Source: Octopus vulgaris (Eukaryota). From it: a DNA stretch of 64,000 nt. The notes below the pieces were generated by a model. It made no database searches. It worked only from the letters and a program-made list of their open reading frames with translations, and was not told where the DNA came from. Positions within the stretch are counted from its first letter, which is position 1; every line of letters starts with the position of its first letter. Positions 22,674 to 35,226 of the stretch are shown one piece after another. Position numbers and translations under genes: made by a program. The DNA lies in NCBI GenBank assembly GCA_951406725.2, contig OX597825.1:45012001-45076000 (forward strand), read 5' to 3'.

Positions 22674-24245
22674 CTGAAATAATGATGTATGAGTAAATAA
22701 ACATCAATGTGATATAAGTAAATGAAGATTAAAATATGGGTGGATGAAAATAAAAATATGGGGAAATAAACATAAAAATAATTTCTATTTTTTCAAATTT
22801 GCCAAATACCATTCCTCTGCTACTTATTTGGCCTTATTTTAAGGTAAAAATATTCTTTTGAAAATTAGAATTCATTTCATCATTTAGTATAAGCACCAAG
22901 ACATCTGACAAAAGTAAAGCTATAATTATTGCATCCATGCTGTATTTCCTGATATTATCCATGGTGTCAAAAGTATAATTCCAAAGTTACCAATCATATA
23001 ATGGGTAACACAAGTTTTAATAAAAAATGATTACTGTATCCATTTTGGCAGGGTTTTTATGGCTGGATACCCTTCCTAGCACCAACCACTCCACAAAGTG
23101 GACTGAGTATGTTCTATGTGGTACCAGCACAGGTGAGGTCAGTTATGGCAGGGTTTTTACAGCTGGGAGAGAGAGGTAACAAGAAAGATGACTGAAACAG
23201 GTGTGCTGATGTAAAGGAGATACTGGACTACCTAACCAGAGGAAAAAGCAAGAGAAGGAGAGATAGTGATGAAGAGCGAGGGCCAAAACAGGTGTGCTGC
23301 TGTAGAGGAGATACATGGCTACCCAGCCAGAGGGAAGAGCAAGGGAAAGAGAGAAAAAGGGGAAACAGCAAAAGTGCAAGGGTGAGCAGGAAAGAGATGG
23401 TGGTGAAGTGCCAGGGTATACTCACAAGTAACAGGAATTAGAGCATAGATGGATGGCAGAGTAAGGAAGAGAGAGATAAATGGTGGCAATGAGTATCCAT
23501 CTTTTTTAGAGTTCCTTTTCAAACATGGCACTCAGTAGAGTTTGACTTAAAAATATATATAACAACACCAGAATGCTATTACAAAAGTATTCCTAAATAA
23601 GTTATCTCCTCCATTCAGTCCAAGTAAGTATAACAAAAAAACCTGAACACAGAAATTGCTTACTAGCTCAAAAATATTGTGCTCAGATGCACACTCAATA
23701 ATAATTGTAGAGGAGTAGCAATTCATGCTTTGACTGAATCTGCTTCACTTGTCTCTACACAAAATAGCAGCCAAACTCTTTGAAATCAAACACCACTGTG
23801 TTATACATGGAAGGATGCCTTAAACAGTGCTGTGTTTAAGAAAAAACTCTAAAAAAGATGGGATACTCATATCTGGAATGCATTTGATCCTAGGATTATT
23901 CAATAAAGTCTCGAGATTAACCAACAACAAATAATGTAGTACACATAAACACTGATGCATTCAAATCACATACATTGTCCCATATGTCAATGAAAGGTCT
24001 CTATGTGATCACTCAGTACAATCTCCCTCAAATCTCACCACACTGTGTTAATACAAAAAGGACATATTAATTAATGAATTGATCAAAGGCCTGCTTGATC
24101 AGCATTGACTTGGGGACTAGTCTGTAGCAATAATAGCTATAAACAAATACACTAGACATTGGAGAGACATACCCACACTCACTGTCACACTTCCCACACA
24201 CAACTCATCACTGCATATCAGTGCATGGTCCTCAACTAAGTCAAT

Positions 24246-25600
24246 TGGGGTGTGTCATTTTTTTTTTTTAAGCTTTGAAATATGACTTACATTAACTTTC
24301 ATCCATTAATGCATCATCAAAAACATGATCATGTCAAATATCAGATTGGGTTATCAATATTTATATCCCTTACAGGGTGTAAATGTTTTGAATCATTGGA
24401 GGTCAAATTTTATAAGGTTTTTATTTTCAAATTTTTGGTGCTGTGACATCTTTTTATTTTAGACTTGATTTTTATGCAGAAGAAAAAGGATTATATATAA
24501 CAGTACATTTTATGAGCTATAGAATGGATATAAAGTTTAATTTTTCATGCTAATTCTCATTAATTATCATTTTAAGTGATATAATTATATTATAACATGG
24601 TAACTGTAATAATCATATATTTCAGGAATACAATAAAGTTAAATTAAAATAGAATGGTTAAAAATTTGTTAGCTTAAAATTTACAAATATATTTGAGAGA
24701 AAAAAGTGAACCAGCAGATGAAATTTTTGAAAGCCTTCTGAAAAACATTGCCAGCAAGCCTTGAAGCATGATACCAACAAACAATCAAGTTTTAAAACAG
24801 ATCCAATATTTAATTAGATGTGAACATAAACAAGAAAATTAAAGCTATCTGATGGGTGTTATATTAAATAAAGTTAGAGAAAATCAGTATGCAGTCAATA
24901 TCCCTTCACAAGATGGAAACAAATTAGCCCCAGATAAAATTTAAGACCCTAATTGATGAATGAGTCAGATTAATTTCTTCCAAACTAAAAAACAAATCAC
25001 TTTCATAGAACACCTGACAATTTTAAAGAAAAACTTGCCAATTTATTTGGACATGATGCAACCATTTGCAAAATCTTGCAATCTGGAATTTTAGGTGCAA
25101 TGAAAAGGTAACTAGGTGGACTGGATAAGAATTATGTATGTAAAGTTCAGAAAATACAAGCAAAAAAGATGGAAAAAGAAATGCTTTAACATGTAATCCT
25201 TCAACTTCATTCACTTCTTGTGGATGTGATGCTAATAATTTAGCTAAGTCTTATAAGTGCCAAAGGTACAAGAAAGTGGAAAAAGAAAATAGTGCAATCT
25301 CCTCATCTCCTTGATGTAGAATAGTCTAAATATTCCATTAGCAGATAGAACATATTTAACTGCTTCTTATGCAGTAGGTTTTAAAGAAACTCTTGAAAAT
25401 TTGAGACTTTCACAAAGCACTGCTAAAAGAATTGCAAAAAAAGAAAGGGAAGAAAAGCTAAAAATTTTTTAAATAGTTTTGATGAGTCACCATTCTTAGT
25501 CATAAGCTGCTCATATATGATTCAAATGGAAAGCTAACAGGAAGACTAGCCATAGTCATCTCAGGTTAGCCCAGTGCAAGAGATGATAAATCTTTGATTA
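24246..25600 (+). pseudogene. Possible very decayed DNA-transposon remnant (hAT-like)
   Basis: GGGTGTGTC-type end and faint coding traces (STAKRIAKK, NGKL..RLAIVISG); no second TIR found. Confidence 0.25.
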
Positions 25601-25897
25601 TAGGAGATGAAACTGCAAGTGGTGCTATGCAGGTGTAATGTATTGAGTAACATCCCTTCAGTTCTAAGATTACTTATTACTTATCATTTTATTTAACTAA
25701 TCACACTTTAATACAATATTCAGTGCAAGTCAGTTTCCAGTAATGGTTGCCTGTTTAATGAGCTACATGTAATGTCTTCTTTTATTTTTTCTAATTATCT
25801 ACATCATTATAACATGACATAACATGGTGTCAGAATAAGGCATTTGGTTGCTGCAAAAGAAAGAAGATACATACGCGAGCATGTGCGCACACACACG

Positions 25898-25941
<44 letters not shown>

Positions 25942-26026
25942 CACAAAGACATGAATTTATTCACTTTTTTAGTTCTATTTGTCTTGCTAAACTTTATTTA
26001 CACGTTATAACCCAACTTCCTAATTA

Positions 26027-27470
26027 GGATGAGGTTTGGTGTTGTGCCAAGGAGAAGCACCACTGATGCAATATTTCTGGCAAGGCAGCTGCAGGGGAAG
26101 TACCAAGCCAAAAATGAATCTCTATATTTGGCTTTTGTTGACATAGAGAAAGCCTTTCACAGGATTCACTACTCCCTTATCTGGTGGTCAATGCAGAAAT
26201 TAGAGCTAGGAGAGTGGTTGGTGAAAGCTGTACAAGCCATGTACAGAGATGCTGTCAGGAAGGTGAAGGTTGGTAATGAGAATAATGATGAATTCAGCTA
26301 AGGATCAGTCCTCAGCCCCCTCTAGTTTACCATAGCCCTCTAGGCAATAACAGAGGAATTTAAGATGGGCTGTGCCTGGGAGCTTCTCTATGCTAATGAC
26401 ATTCTTACAGCTGAATCACTACCAAAACTAGAGAAGAAATTTCAGATGTGGAAGCAAGGTCTAGAATCAAAGGGCCTCAAAGTTAATTTAGAAAAATCAA
26501 AGTTTTAATAAGTACGAAAAAGAACAAATCACAAATCCCTTCAGGTAGATGGCCCTGCTCAATATGTAGAAAAAGTGTAGGTAGAAATTCCATAAGATGT
26601 ACTCAATACAAGCTATGGACACGTGAGAAGTGCAGCAATATCAGAAGAAGGTTAACAGGGAAAATAGTCGTGTGTGTGAGATGTACAGGTACAATAAACA
26701 CTAGAAATGTACAGAAAATAGACTCCATCACATGCCAGTGGGGATACCTACTGCTGTAGAAGTAGTTGATATCTTCTGTTATCTAGGTAACCAAGTCAGC
26801 AGTGGATGTGTATGCTACAAAAGCATAGCTGCTAGAATAAGAATAGGCTGGGCGAAGTCCAGAGAGCTCCTACCTCTATTGGTAACAAAGGGCCTCTCCC
26901 TCAGACTGTATTATGCCTGTGTGCAAACAGCCATGCTCCATGACAGTGAAATGTGGGCTGTGACTGCAGAAGACATGCAAAGAAATGAAGTTGGCATGCT
27001 TTGCTGGATGTACAATGAGCGTGTGTATTTATGACAAAGTGTATACATCTTCTGATAAAAACTGGGCATAGTAGTGAGCAAAAGAGAGACAAATGTGCTG
27101 GTATGGTCATGTGATTCATATGGCTGAAGGCAGCTGTGTAAAGAAGTGTTGATCTCTAACTGTGGATGGAACCTGTGGAAGAGGTAAAACCAGGAAGACA
27201 TGGAACAAGATGGTGAAGCATGATATTCGGATGTTGGGCCTCATGACTTGTGACTGAGACATTTGATGATATGCTGTGCTTGAGAAGACTCAACAAGCCA
27301 AGTTAAATAGTATTTGTGATTGTTGCCAGTGTCATGTAAGCGACACCCATGAAATTGTAATCATAGTCTTTGCCAGTAACATGATCTTGTTGTCACAAAG
27401 GTGACAAGTGACTGAGACCTTTGGCAATATGCTGTACTTGAGAAGACTCATCAAACCAAGTGAAATTATT
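26027..27470 (+). mobile_element. Decayed RTE LINE fragment
   Basis: FGVVPRRSTTDAIFLARQLQ, LAFVDIEKAF, FCYLGNQVSS, MLHDSEMW, with many stops. Confidence 0.88.
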
Positions 27471-27508
27471 GCCATATTTTTTAATCTCATTTAGTAATTA
27501 AAACTTAC

Positions 27509-27684
27509 AGAAAAATGTGTTATAACTTCAGGAACTATAAATGTTACTCGTTTCGTCATATCACTGATTTTGTTTATATCACCACTGAGTATGGCTGGTC
27601 GTAAAGCCAGGAGCTTTTCATAGTACTGTTCAGCCTCTTCAGTTAAATGTGTCGGAGAAATGTAGATAACATCAACATTGGGGT
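27509..27684 (-). CDS. IQCH: IQCH-like exon B (176 nt): (D)PNVDVIYISPTHLTEEAEQYYEKLLALRPAILSGD...FIVPEVITHFS
   Basis: TTTCAG acceptor, GTAAGT donor, phase 1 to 0; resembles DANVNVIYIC..YYKKILSL..IITPEA..F; not in the ORF track. Confidence 0.88.
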
Positions 27685-27939
27685 CTGAAAATAAAATTAT
27701 CAGCTTGAAATAATCTTAAACAAATATGCATGCACCATGATTAAATACTTGGGGTATGCCAAAAGCATAAATAAAATAAACTGTTGACAAAAAGGTGTTG
27801 CCACTAAGAGACAATGCACAGGGAAACGAAAGAGTCTCCTTCTTTTTTCTCTTGTAATACAGCCCCACAGATTTCTTGCTGCACTATGTAATTTGAATTA
27901 TTCTAATTATTTCCATGCCTTTATGCTGATGAAGATGTT

Positions 27940-28040
27940 TCTTCACCATTTCTATATCACTACAGAGTATTGTTGGTCATAAAAGCAGTAACTTCTCAAG
28001 GCACTGTTCAGCCTCTTCAGTTAGGTAAAATAACATTCCA
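27940..28040 (-). pseudogene. Degenerate partial duplicate of IQCH exon B
   Basis: Translates LTEEAEQCLEKLLLL*PTILCSDIEMVK versus exon LTEEAEQYYEKLLALRPAILSGDINKISDMTK; exact 21-bp match between 28003-28023 and 27625-27645. Confidence 0.8.
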
Positions 28041-28789
28041 TCATATGACAACAGCTTACAAAAGTTTAAAGTTCATATCTAAAAATGGTTACATTTTGAA
28101 ATAAACTATCTCTAAATATTGGTTAAGTTATGAGACAAACAATGTAATTGGTAAACATAAACAAGTGACACATTTCAAATTAAATTATAAGAATTAAAGA
28201 ATGAAAGTATTGAATAACAAAAGTATTTTTCAAATGTGTCTGTTGTTTATGTTTCTCATCCCTCCATTTCTCATTCTGTAGCAAAAAACAAAAATTCATC
28301 TTTTATGTCAATAAATTTCAAGCATTTTAGGGTTACAGCCACATGTCATTAGCATCCAGCTTTATAATAATACATAGTGACTAATATCACAGGCTGAACA
28401 CTGTGCTAACATACTGGACCTACCACCCTGGCATCAGAATTGCTCAAAAGTAAACATATAGACTTTAGGCTATTTCTATACATATGACATCAAAAACAAA
28501 TATTAGCCAAATATGACATCAAAAACAATGTTAGCCGAATATTACCGTGTCAGCAAAAATGCTATGTGGTATTTTATTATTTACATTCTAATTTCAAATT
28601 CTGCCATGGTCAACTTTGCCTTTCATCTTTCCAAGGTCAATAAAATAAAATACAGAGTCAATGTAAGCAACTAACCCCATTACAAATGCACACACACATG
28701 CGTGCATGCACGCGTGATAATTGTTTGCTTTCTGCCTATCAAAAATGATTATTTATTCTGTGCAGAAAATAATAGGTCATGCTCTAGTC

Positions 28790-31646
28790 CAGGGGTCTCC
28801 AAAGTTTTCCAGCGGAGGGCCACATTGCTGAATTTTTAAAGCTACGGGGGCCAAGGTTCTAAATTATTTATTTTACCAAAATAATATAAATAAATAGTGA
28901 ATTAATAATTAAAAAAGGTTATTTATTCAGTACATAATCACAATGTATATAATATCAGTAACAATTAACATGTTTTTTTTAACTTTGATCAATAGGGGAA
29001 ACATGAAATTGTTTCATTTCTGACAAAATTTTGTCCAACTGAGGTTCAAAATGAGTGGTTCCAATAACAAGCAATGCATTTAAATGTTCATCAGACAATT
29101 GTGATCTGTAGCGGGATTTTGTGTATTTCATCTTTGAAAAAGTCTTCTCACACAAATATGTGGTGCCAAAAACTGAAATGAATTCACAGGCAAACCTCCT
29201 TAAATGAAGAAATTGGTCGGATGGAAGGCATTTGTAGAATTCAATCAAATTTCCCTCTTTATATTTGTCCTTCAGGATGTCATTGGATTGCAAATCAATA
29301 ACTTCCATTTGTAACTCAGAAGGTAAGTCTCCAATAACAGAGTTAAATGGATTTTCAAAAATTCTTAGTTTTGAAGAACATGCATCAAGATCAGAAAAAC
29401 GTTCTTCAAACTGTTGTTTCAAAGCTAAAATGACATCTTGAGCAAACAAGTTTGGAAATGGAGTGGCAGCTTCCTGTCTATATTTGTCACATCGTGAAAA
29501 ATGAGTAAAGCAGCTTCTTGTTAACTGACTTTCAAATAGTATTAATTTCTTACAAAAAGCTTTCACCTTTGAGTACAAATCACAGATGAGTGAAGTTTCA
29601 CCTTGTATCCGTAGGTTGAAATCATTGAGATGCATAGTTAAATCGGCTGAAAATGCTAATTTCCAGAGCCATTCACTGTCTTTGAGCAACACCTGTGAAT
29701 GGTTTTTCTCATTTAAAAATATTTCAATTTCAGTTCGAAGCTCAAAAAATCTAGCCAGAATTTTTCCATAGCTAAGCCATCTTACTGAAGTATAGTAAGG
29801 TAGGTCTGGAAACTCAGCATTCATTTCCTCCAAGAAATCACGAAATTGGCGATGTTTGAGTCCATGAGATCTTATGTAGTTAACAGTAGAAATCACAGGA
29901 TCTAATACAGATGATAAATCAAGATGCTTTCCACACAGTGCTTGCTGATGAAGAATACAATGCAATACCAAAGGTTTCAATCCACCGGAATTCTCAATTA
30001 CTTTGTTAATTTGCCCAACTAAGCCCTTTTTGGTTCCACACATATTTCTGCCACCATCTGTTGTTATGCATTTTAGTTTTTTCCATTCCAAATTATACTC
30101 AGCCACTGACTTTTCCACTTCTCTAAAAATATCTATGCCTGTTGTTGTTCCATGCATGCTGTGCACAGATACAAGTTCCTCAGTAATCTCAAAATTGGCA
30201 TTTATTCCTCTGATGAACAATAACAATTGGGATGTGTCTGATACATCAATTGACTCATCAAGTGCAACAGAAAAGCATACAAACTTGCTGGCTTTGTCTT
30301 TTAGCTGTGATTTAATATTTCTTTCAATATGTTCAACCCTATGAGCAACAGTGTTCGCAGAAAGACTAATTGCGGAAAATAAATCTACGTTTTCTGGACA
30401 CATTTCCTTAGCTACCTCATTCAAGCACTTTTTAATAAGTTCACCATCTGTAAATGGCTTACCTTTCTTCGCCAAAAGGTTAGCAACATGGAAGCTTGCT
30501 CTTGTTGCTCTCTCTTTTTCTACAGCCTTCTTCTTGAAAACAAACTGCATTGATGATAAATTCTTCTTTAATTTGTCAAATTTCTCTTTACGTAGCTGTC
30601 CAATGAATTGGTAGTACTGTGATGAATGCTTTTTTTCATAATGTCTCCGAATGTTGTACTCTTTAAGTACTGCAATTGTGTCGGTGCATATAACGCATAG
30701 TGCCTTGTTGTTTGACTCTATGACAAAATAGTCTATGTTCCATTGTTCCTTAAAAACTCTACACTCAGAGTCGATTTTTCGTTTTCTTCCTTGAGCTAAC
30801 ATTTTTACCATGGGTCGACAGATTTTGCTCGACGATATATGTAAAAGGACGAAACAAGTAAAAACAATATTCACAGGTCACTCGATACGTGCATTCACTT
30901 CGGCAGCGACGACGACAAATGACTCACACTTGTGCACAACGAAAACGCCAAGTCTGTGCTGACTGACGGAATGCGCATCGAACTTTACTCCACGCTGATT
31001 GGCGACTGCACCAGGATTAGAAACCACCACACAACGTCAGGCTCAACCCTCTCTATTCATCGCTCGTGAGATGTAGGTAACATCGATAAATCGATATTTG
31101 TCTTCTTTTATTATACTAGGCACGGGACTTTTATTAACGTCATACTTGTCGTATCTGCTCTCTCGACAGTTGACGGAATAGGTTGACTTTTCTGCGACAT
31201 CAATAAAGCTAGAAATTGAATCTCTGCTTCATTGTAAGCAGCACCATCCATCTCACTGACATTCGCCTATTATCTAAGATGAATGATAGGTAGCTCCATA
31301 GCGAAGTTAATTCATTTTATGGTGGTTCTGATGGGTCAGTTAAAACGGGGGGAGTGGAAAAGAACCTATATTTACACTAAAGTTTAGTGTATAAATTTTT
31401 AATTCGCCGGCGCAATTTAAAGACATTAATTGATGGCAAATCAATTAGCGTCGTCTTGCGTCTATTTGCTGTACTATATTTGTCAAACGTATTAAAAGGG
31501 GTGTAAAGTATATTTGTTTTTGTATGATTTCGGCAAGGCTTGTTTTTCGACATTTGTTTTATAATTTTGGAGGACAGCTCGGCGGGCCGGATTAAAAACC
31601 TTGGCGGGCCGAATCCGGCCCGCGGGCCGTACTTTGGAGACCCCTG
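28790..31646 (-). mobile_element. Full-length hAT DNA transposon (Buster/Charlie group), 2857 bp
   Basis: Perfect 16-bp TIR CAGGGGTCTCCAAAGT at both ends; perfect 8-bp TSD CTCTAGTC (28782-28789, 31647-31654); GC-rich subterminal GGCCCGC repeats. Confidence 0.97.
28979..30811 (-). CDS. Intact hAT transposase, ~610 aa from the ATG at 30811 (GTF2IRD2/SPIN/OC1-like family)
   Basis: BED-type finger CVIC..RRHYEKKH, ALDES, ITTDG, HCILHQ, VRWLS, TYLCEKTFS, RSQLSDEHL; no stops. Confidence 0.95.
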   Translation of the reverse strand: MVKMLAQGRKRKIDSECRVFKEQWNIDYFVIESNNKALCVICTDTIAVLKEYNIRRHYEKKHSSQYYQFIGQLRKEKFDKLKKNLSSMQFVFKKKAVEKERATRASFHVANLLAKKGKPFTDGELIKKCLNEVAKEMCPENVDLFSAISLSANTVAHRVEHIERNIKSQLKDKASKFVCFSVALDESIDVSDTSQLLLFIRGINANFEITEELVSVHSMHGTTTGIDIFREVEKSVAEYNLEWKKLKCITTDGGRNMCGTKKGLVGQINKVIENSGGLKPLVLHCILHQQALCGKHLDLSSVLDPVISTVNYIRSHGLKHRQFRDFLEEMNAEFPDLPYYTSVRWLSYGKILARFFELRTEIEIFLNEKNHSQVLLKDSEWLWKLAFSADLTMHLNDFNLRIQGETSLICDLYSKVKAFCKKLILFESQLTRSCFTHFSRCDKYRQEAATPFPNLFAQDVILALKQQFEERFSDLDACSSKLRIFENPFNSVIGDLPSELQMEVIDLQSNDILKDKYKEGNLIEFYKCLPSDQFLHLRRFACEFISVFGTTYLCEKTFSKMKYTKSRYRSQLSDEHLNALLVIGTTHFEPQLDKILSEMKQFHVSPIDQS

Positions 31647-33582
31647 CTCTAGTCTATCATAAATGTTAAGCTCACTGAATTATATAATCAAGAATAAGAG
31701 TAGGAAACTAATTTTTCTGTCCCCTGTTATGAAATATTGTCTTGAAAACAAATTATGACCAGATTATATCATGATATTGCTGAACAGACAAAATGTGCTG
31801 ATGGAATGCCACTGACCCTTCAGTCCTTATTTTTATCGCTTTCTCACTATCCAGCTATCCACCTCATATCATATCATATCATTTACAGCTACCTTTGGTA
31901 TATGCAGTGTTATCTCAAGACAATATTTCATAACAGGGGACAGAAAAATTAGTTTCCTACTCTTATTCTTGATTATATAATTCAGTGAGCATGATAGACT
32001 AGAGCATGACCTATTATTTTCTGCACAGAATAAATAACATTTTGTAACATCTCATGTTAGAAAATGCTGACATCATTCTTCAGACAGTTGTTCTCTTGCA
32101 ATTCTATGTTGACACACATATCCTGCTACTTCGTTTTCCTGACAATTTTTCTACTTTGTTCATTGTGTCTCCCAATATCTCCTTGCCAAAATGATTGTCT
32201 TTGTCCTTAATGTAATGTTGATCTCTTCATATGCTGACACTGCATTGCAGGTTGTCACTTCGAAATTACATATTCTTCATACATGAAAAATTGTTCAAAC
32301 ATTATATGAGTTTCTTAAAATTGATTGTAAGATGGTAAACATTCAACTATTTTTCTAAAAAGATAGAATGGAATAAACTAAGGGGGGTAGATAGTGCCTG
32401 TGAGTTAAAAATGCTGGTGCATTGGGTGAGAGATTGAGGTAATAATTGTGATGGACTGATAGATATACAAACTGATAGAGAGAGAGAGGGGGAATGAACG
32501 AGAGGGAGACAGACAGACAGACAGGAAAGCAGGAAGGCAGACAGACGCAAGCAGACAGGCAGGCAACAGTCAGACAGATAGACAAAGTAAATAGGTAGAT
32601 AGATAGAAACAGAAAGATATATACATACATAGATAGTTACATAGACAGATGGAGAAACAGATAGATACACAGATAAACATGGAGGGATAGCCAGGTAGAT
32701 TTCAAAATTTAATATAGTTTATTTCTCCTTTTTCGAGCTCAGTGACAGTTCGTTAATGGAATGAGTTTTCATCACTAGCTTGTGATTAACACATGCTGAG
32801 CATGGGTAACCACCCAGAAATTCAAGTCCATGTGTATCATGTAAGGCTTGAGATGGAAATACTAATCAGACACAGAATGTATGTCCTTAGCCAGCTGGAA
32901 GAGATGTCTTCCTGGGGCTATAAACGTCAGTAGCACTGTCCAGTATAGGATGCCACACTTGATTGGCAATTATATGTTAGATAATATCATATTCATATAT
33001 ATATATGTATTTCTATGTGTGTATGTATAATTTACTTTTATACAGACACAGAAATCCAGAGAAGGACAAGGACACACACTCATGCACACACACACACACA
33101 CACACACACACAATGAGACAGACACACACACACAAAGAGACAGACAGAGATAGAAGTTATGAACTAAACTGGAAATTTTGTGACAGGAAGACAGATGAAT
33201 CTTTGCTTTTCAATGTTTTGGTGGGATCAATGAAGTAATATTCAAGTTGATTGTATTGATTAACACTTTCTCCCCAAAACTGCTGGCCTTGCACCAAAAT
33301 TTGAAAGGATTATTGTATCGACTAGTGCATATCCATTGTTTTACTTCTGGAATAAATAATACTTTGTATCATTGAAGTATCGGAATATATTCCAAAAAGA
33401 ATTAGATAGAAAAGTGAAACAATTTTGAAATAAAAGAAACATTTAATGAATTAAAATACATGTTACTTTTTATCTATTTAAAGAAACAGACTGAAGAAAA
33501 GAGATCCTTCAAAAGGGTGTATTAAACATCCAATTCACTGGTACATCAGTTGGATACCATATAAATATTGGTATAATTCAAT

Positions 33583-33863
33583 TATAAAGGTTGTATACTG
33601 TCAACTTAACATGATAGTAGGGGATTACACCACCATTGTTTAGCCCTAGGAAGCATCGATGCTTCCTGTTGGCAAGGACCCTGAAACATGCGTGTCTCTA
33701 GATGCAGGCCTAGCTGTTGGGGGTATTTGTCTCCCCTTCGTAAATATATAAGGACACAGTAAGTGTGTCGAAGCCAATAGGAAGCGTCGATGCTTCCTAG
33801 GGCTAAACAGCGGTGGTGTAATCCCCTACTGTCACGTTAAGTTGACAGAATCCAACCATTATA
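33583..33863. mobile_element. MITE-like element with ~90-bp terminal inverted repeats and TA ends
   Basis: TATAAAGGTTGTATACTGTCAACTTAAC..CCTAGGAAGCATCGATGCTTCCTGTTGGC is mirrored at 33773-33863. Confidence 0.8.
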
Positions 33864-33937
33864 TCGCCCCACCACCGTACATATCTCTATGAGATATTTA
33901 GAAATTTAATATTTCTGATCAATTATAAAGAGAAATC

Positions 33938-34070
33938 AAATATAGAGATACTATTGACAATCCAATAATTCATTTGTTATATAATATTATGTTATATTAT
34001 ATTTATAGTATTTAATGTAATATTGTAATATAAATAAATTATTGGATTGTCAATAGTATATTTCTATATT
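33938..34070. repeat. AT-rich hairpin / small foldback
   Basis: ATACTATTGACAATCCAATAATT is mirrored by AATTATTGGATTGTCAATAGTAT. Confidence 0.75.
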
Positions 34071-34959
34071 CAATTTAGTTTTATCTATTTATATTTCTAT
34101 AACATATAACATCAACAGAAAGATAATTTTGACAATCCAACAATGTCTATGTATACAATAATTTCAGTGAATTTAACATGTTCATTATTGAAATACTTGT
34201 GAGATCCTTTTGTTATGTTAGATTGACTTTGACCAGCCAAAATCTTTGTATCTGATGGATCCACAGCTCTATTGAGTGCAACATACAACTGATCATGAAT
34301 AAGCTCATTAGTACTATCGTAAAGAATGCAACTTTTTAGTAAAAAATATTTATTCATAAATTTTCTCAAGAGAAATTTAAAGAATGGAAATTTATCATTA
34401 TCTTTCTTTCTTTCATTCATTCATTGATTCATACATACATATATACATACATACAGACCGACAGACAGAAGTGGAAGTTAAAAAAGTAGAGTTTATTGGG
34501 TGAGAAATCAAGGTAAAAAAGTGATAGAATGCTTCAACTGCATCACTTGTCTGACTATGAAATTACACACTGTTCCTTCAGGACAAACTGTTTGATAATA
34601 AATTTTAAAATGATGGGAAAAAATAGTCACCCAACAATTTTCTGAAAAGACTGAATGGAGGAAACTGAAGTGGACAGTGCCTGAGTCATCTAGATTATTT
34701 GTGTATTGGTGAGAATATTGGTGAGAATGAATAAAAGTGTTGCAGGGTAGAGAGGCCTTTTAGTTGTCTCAAGAACAGCGCAGTCTGTGAAGTGGTTGTT
34801 GTTATGAAAAGCATCCAGCCAAATAAATTATGCTGAAATTGAAACATATGAGCAAGACATTTTCCTCCAATCTTTAGGAGAGTAGCAACTCCAAATAAGA
34901 ACTGCACAGTGCATGATAACCTATCCAACATATGTCTCCATGGAAAGTAGCAATTATAA

Positions 34960-35108
34960 AAGAAGAAGAAGAAGAAGAAGAAGAAGAAGAAGAAGAAGAA
35001 GAAGAAGAAGAAGAAGAAGAAGAAGAAGAAGAAGAAGAAGAAGAAGAAGATGATGATGATGATGATGATGATGATGACAATGACAATGACGATGACGATG
35101 ATGATGAT
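34960..35108. repeat. (GAA)n(GAT)n compound microsatellite
   Basis: Direct reading of the sequence. Confidence 0.97.
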
Positions 35109-35226
35109 TTGAAATGTATTAATGTTAAAAATTCTAAGCACAATCATGCCCTGGCTAACATGTGAAAATTGTATGAATTAGAATGATAATCATATAAGTC
35201 GTTCATGTGATAAATATGCAACTCAC

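Larger units (their letters stand above)
28741..32044. repeat. Foldback/MITE-like inverted repeat whose left arm (28741-28789 plus 31655-31746) is split by the hAT; right arm at 31914-32044
   Basis: Right arm is the reverse complement of the joined hAT flanks, apart from a 9-nt indel and a few substitutions. Confidence 0.88.

Noticed and set aside
27915-27950. CTGATGAAGATGTTTCTTCA hairpin as a hammerhead
   Set aside because: No GAAA or stem III follows the hairpin; likely chance
30812-30874. GTG-initiated N-terminal extension of the hAT transposase in the ORF track
   Set aside because: Eukaryotic context; the ATG at 30811 (or 30802) just before the KRK motif is the more plausible start
34695-35165. 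Poly-Phe, poly-Ser and poly-Glu/Asp ORFs
   Set aside because: (GAA)n(GAT)n microsatellite; not needed for the IQCH splice phases
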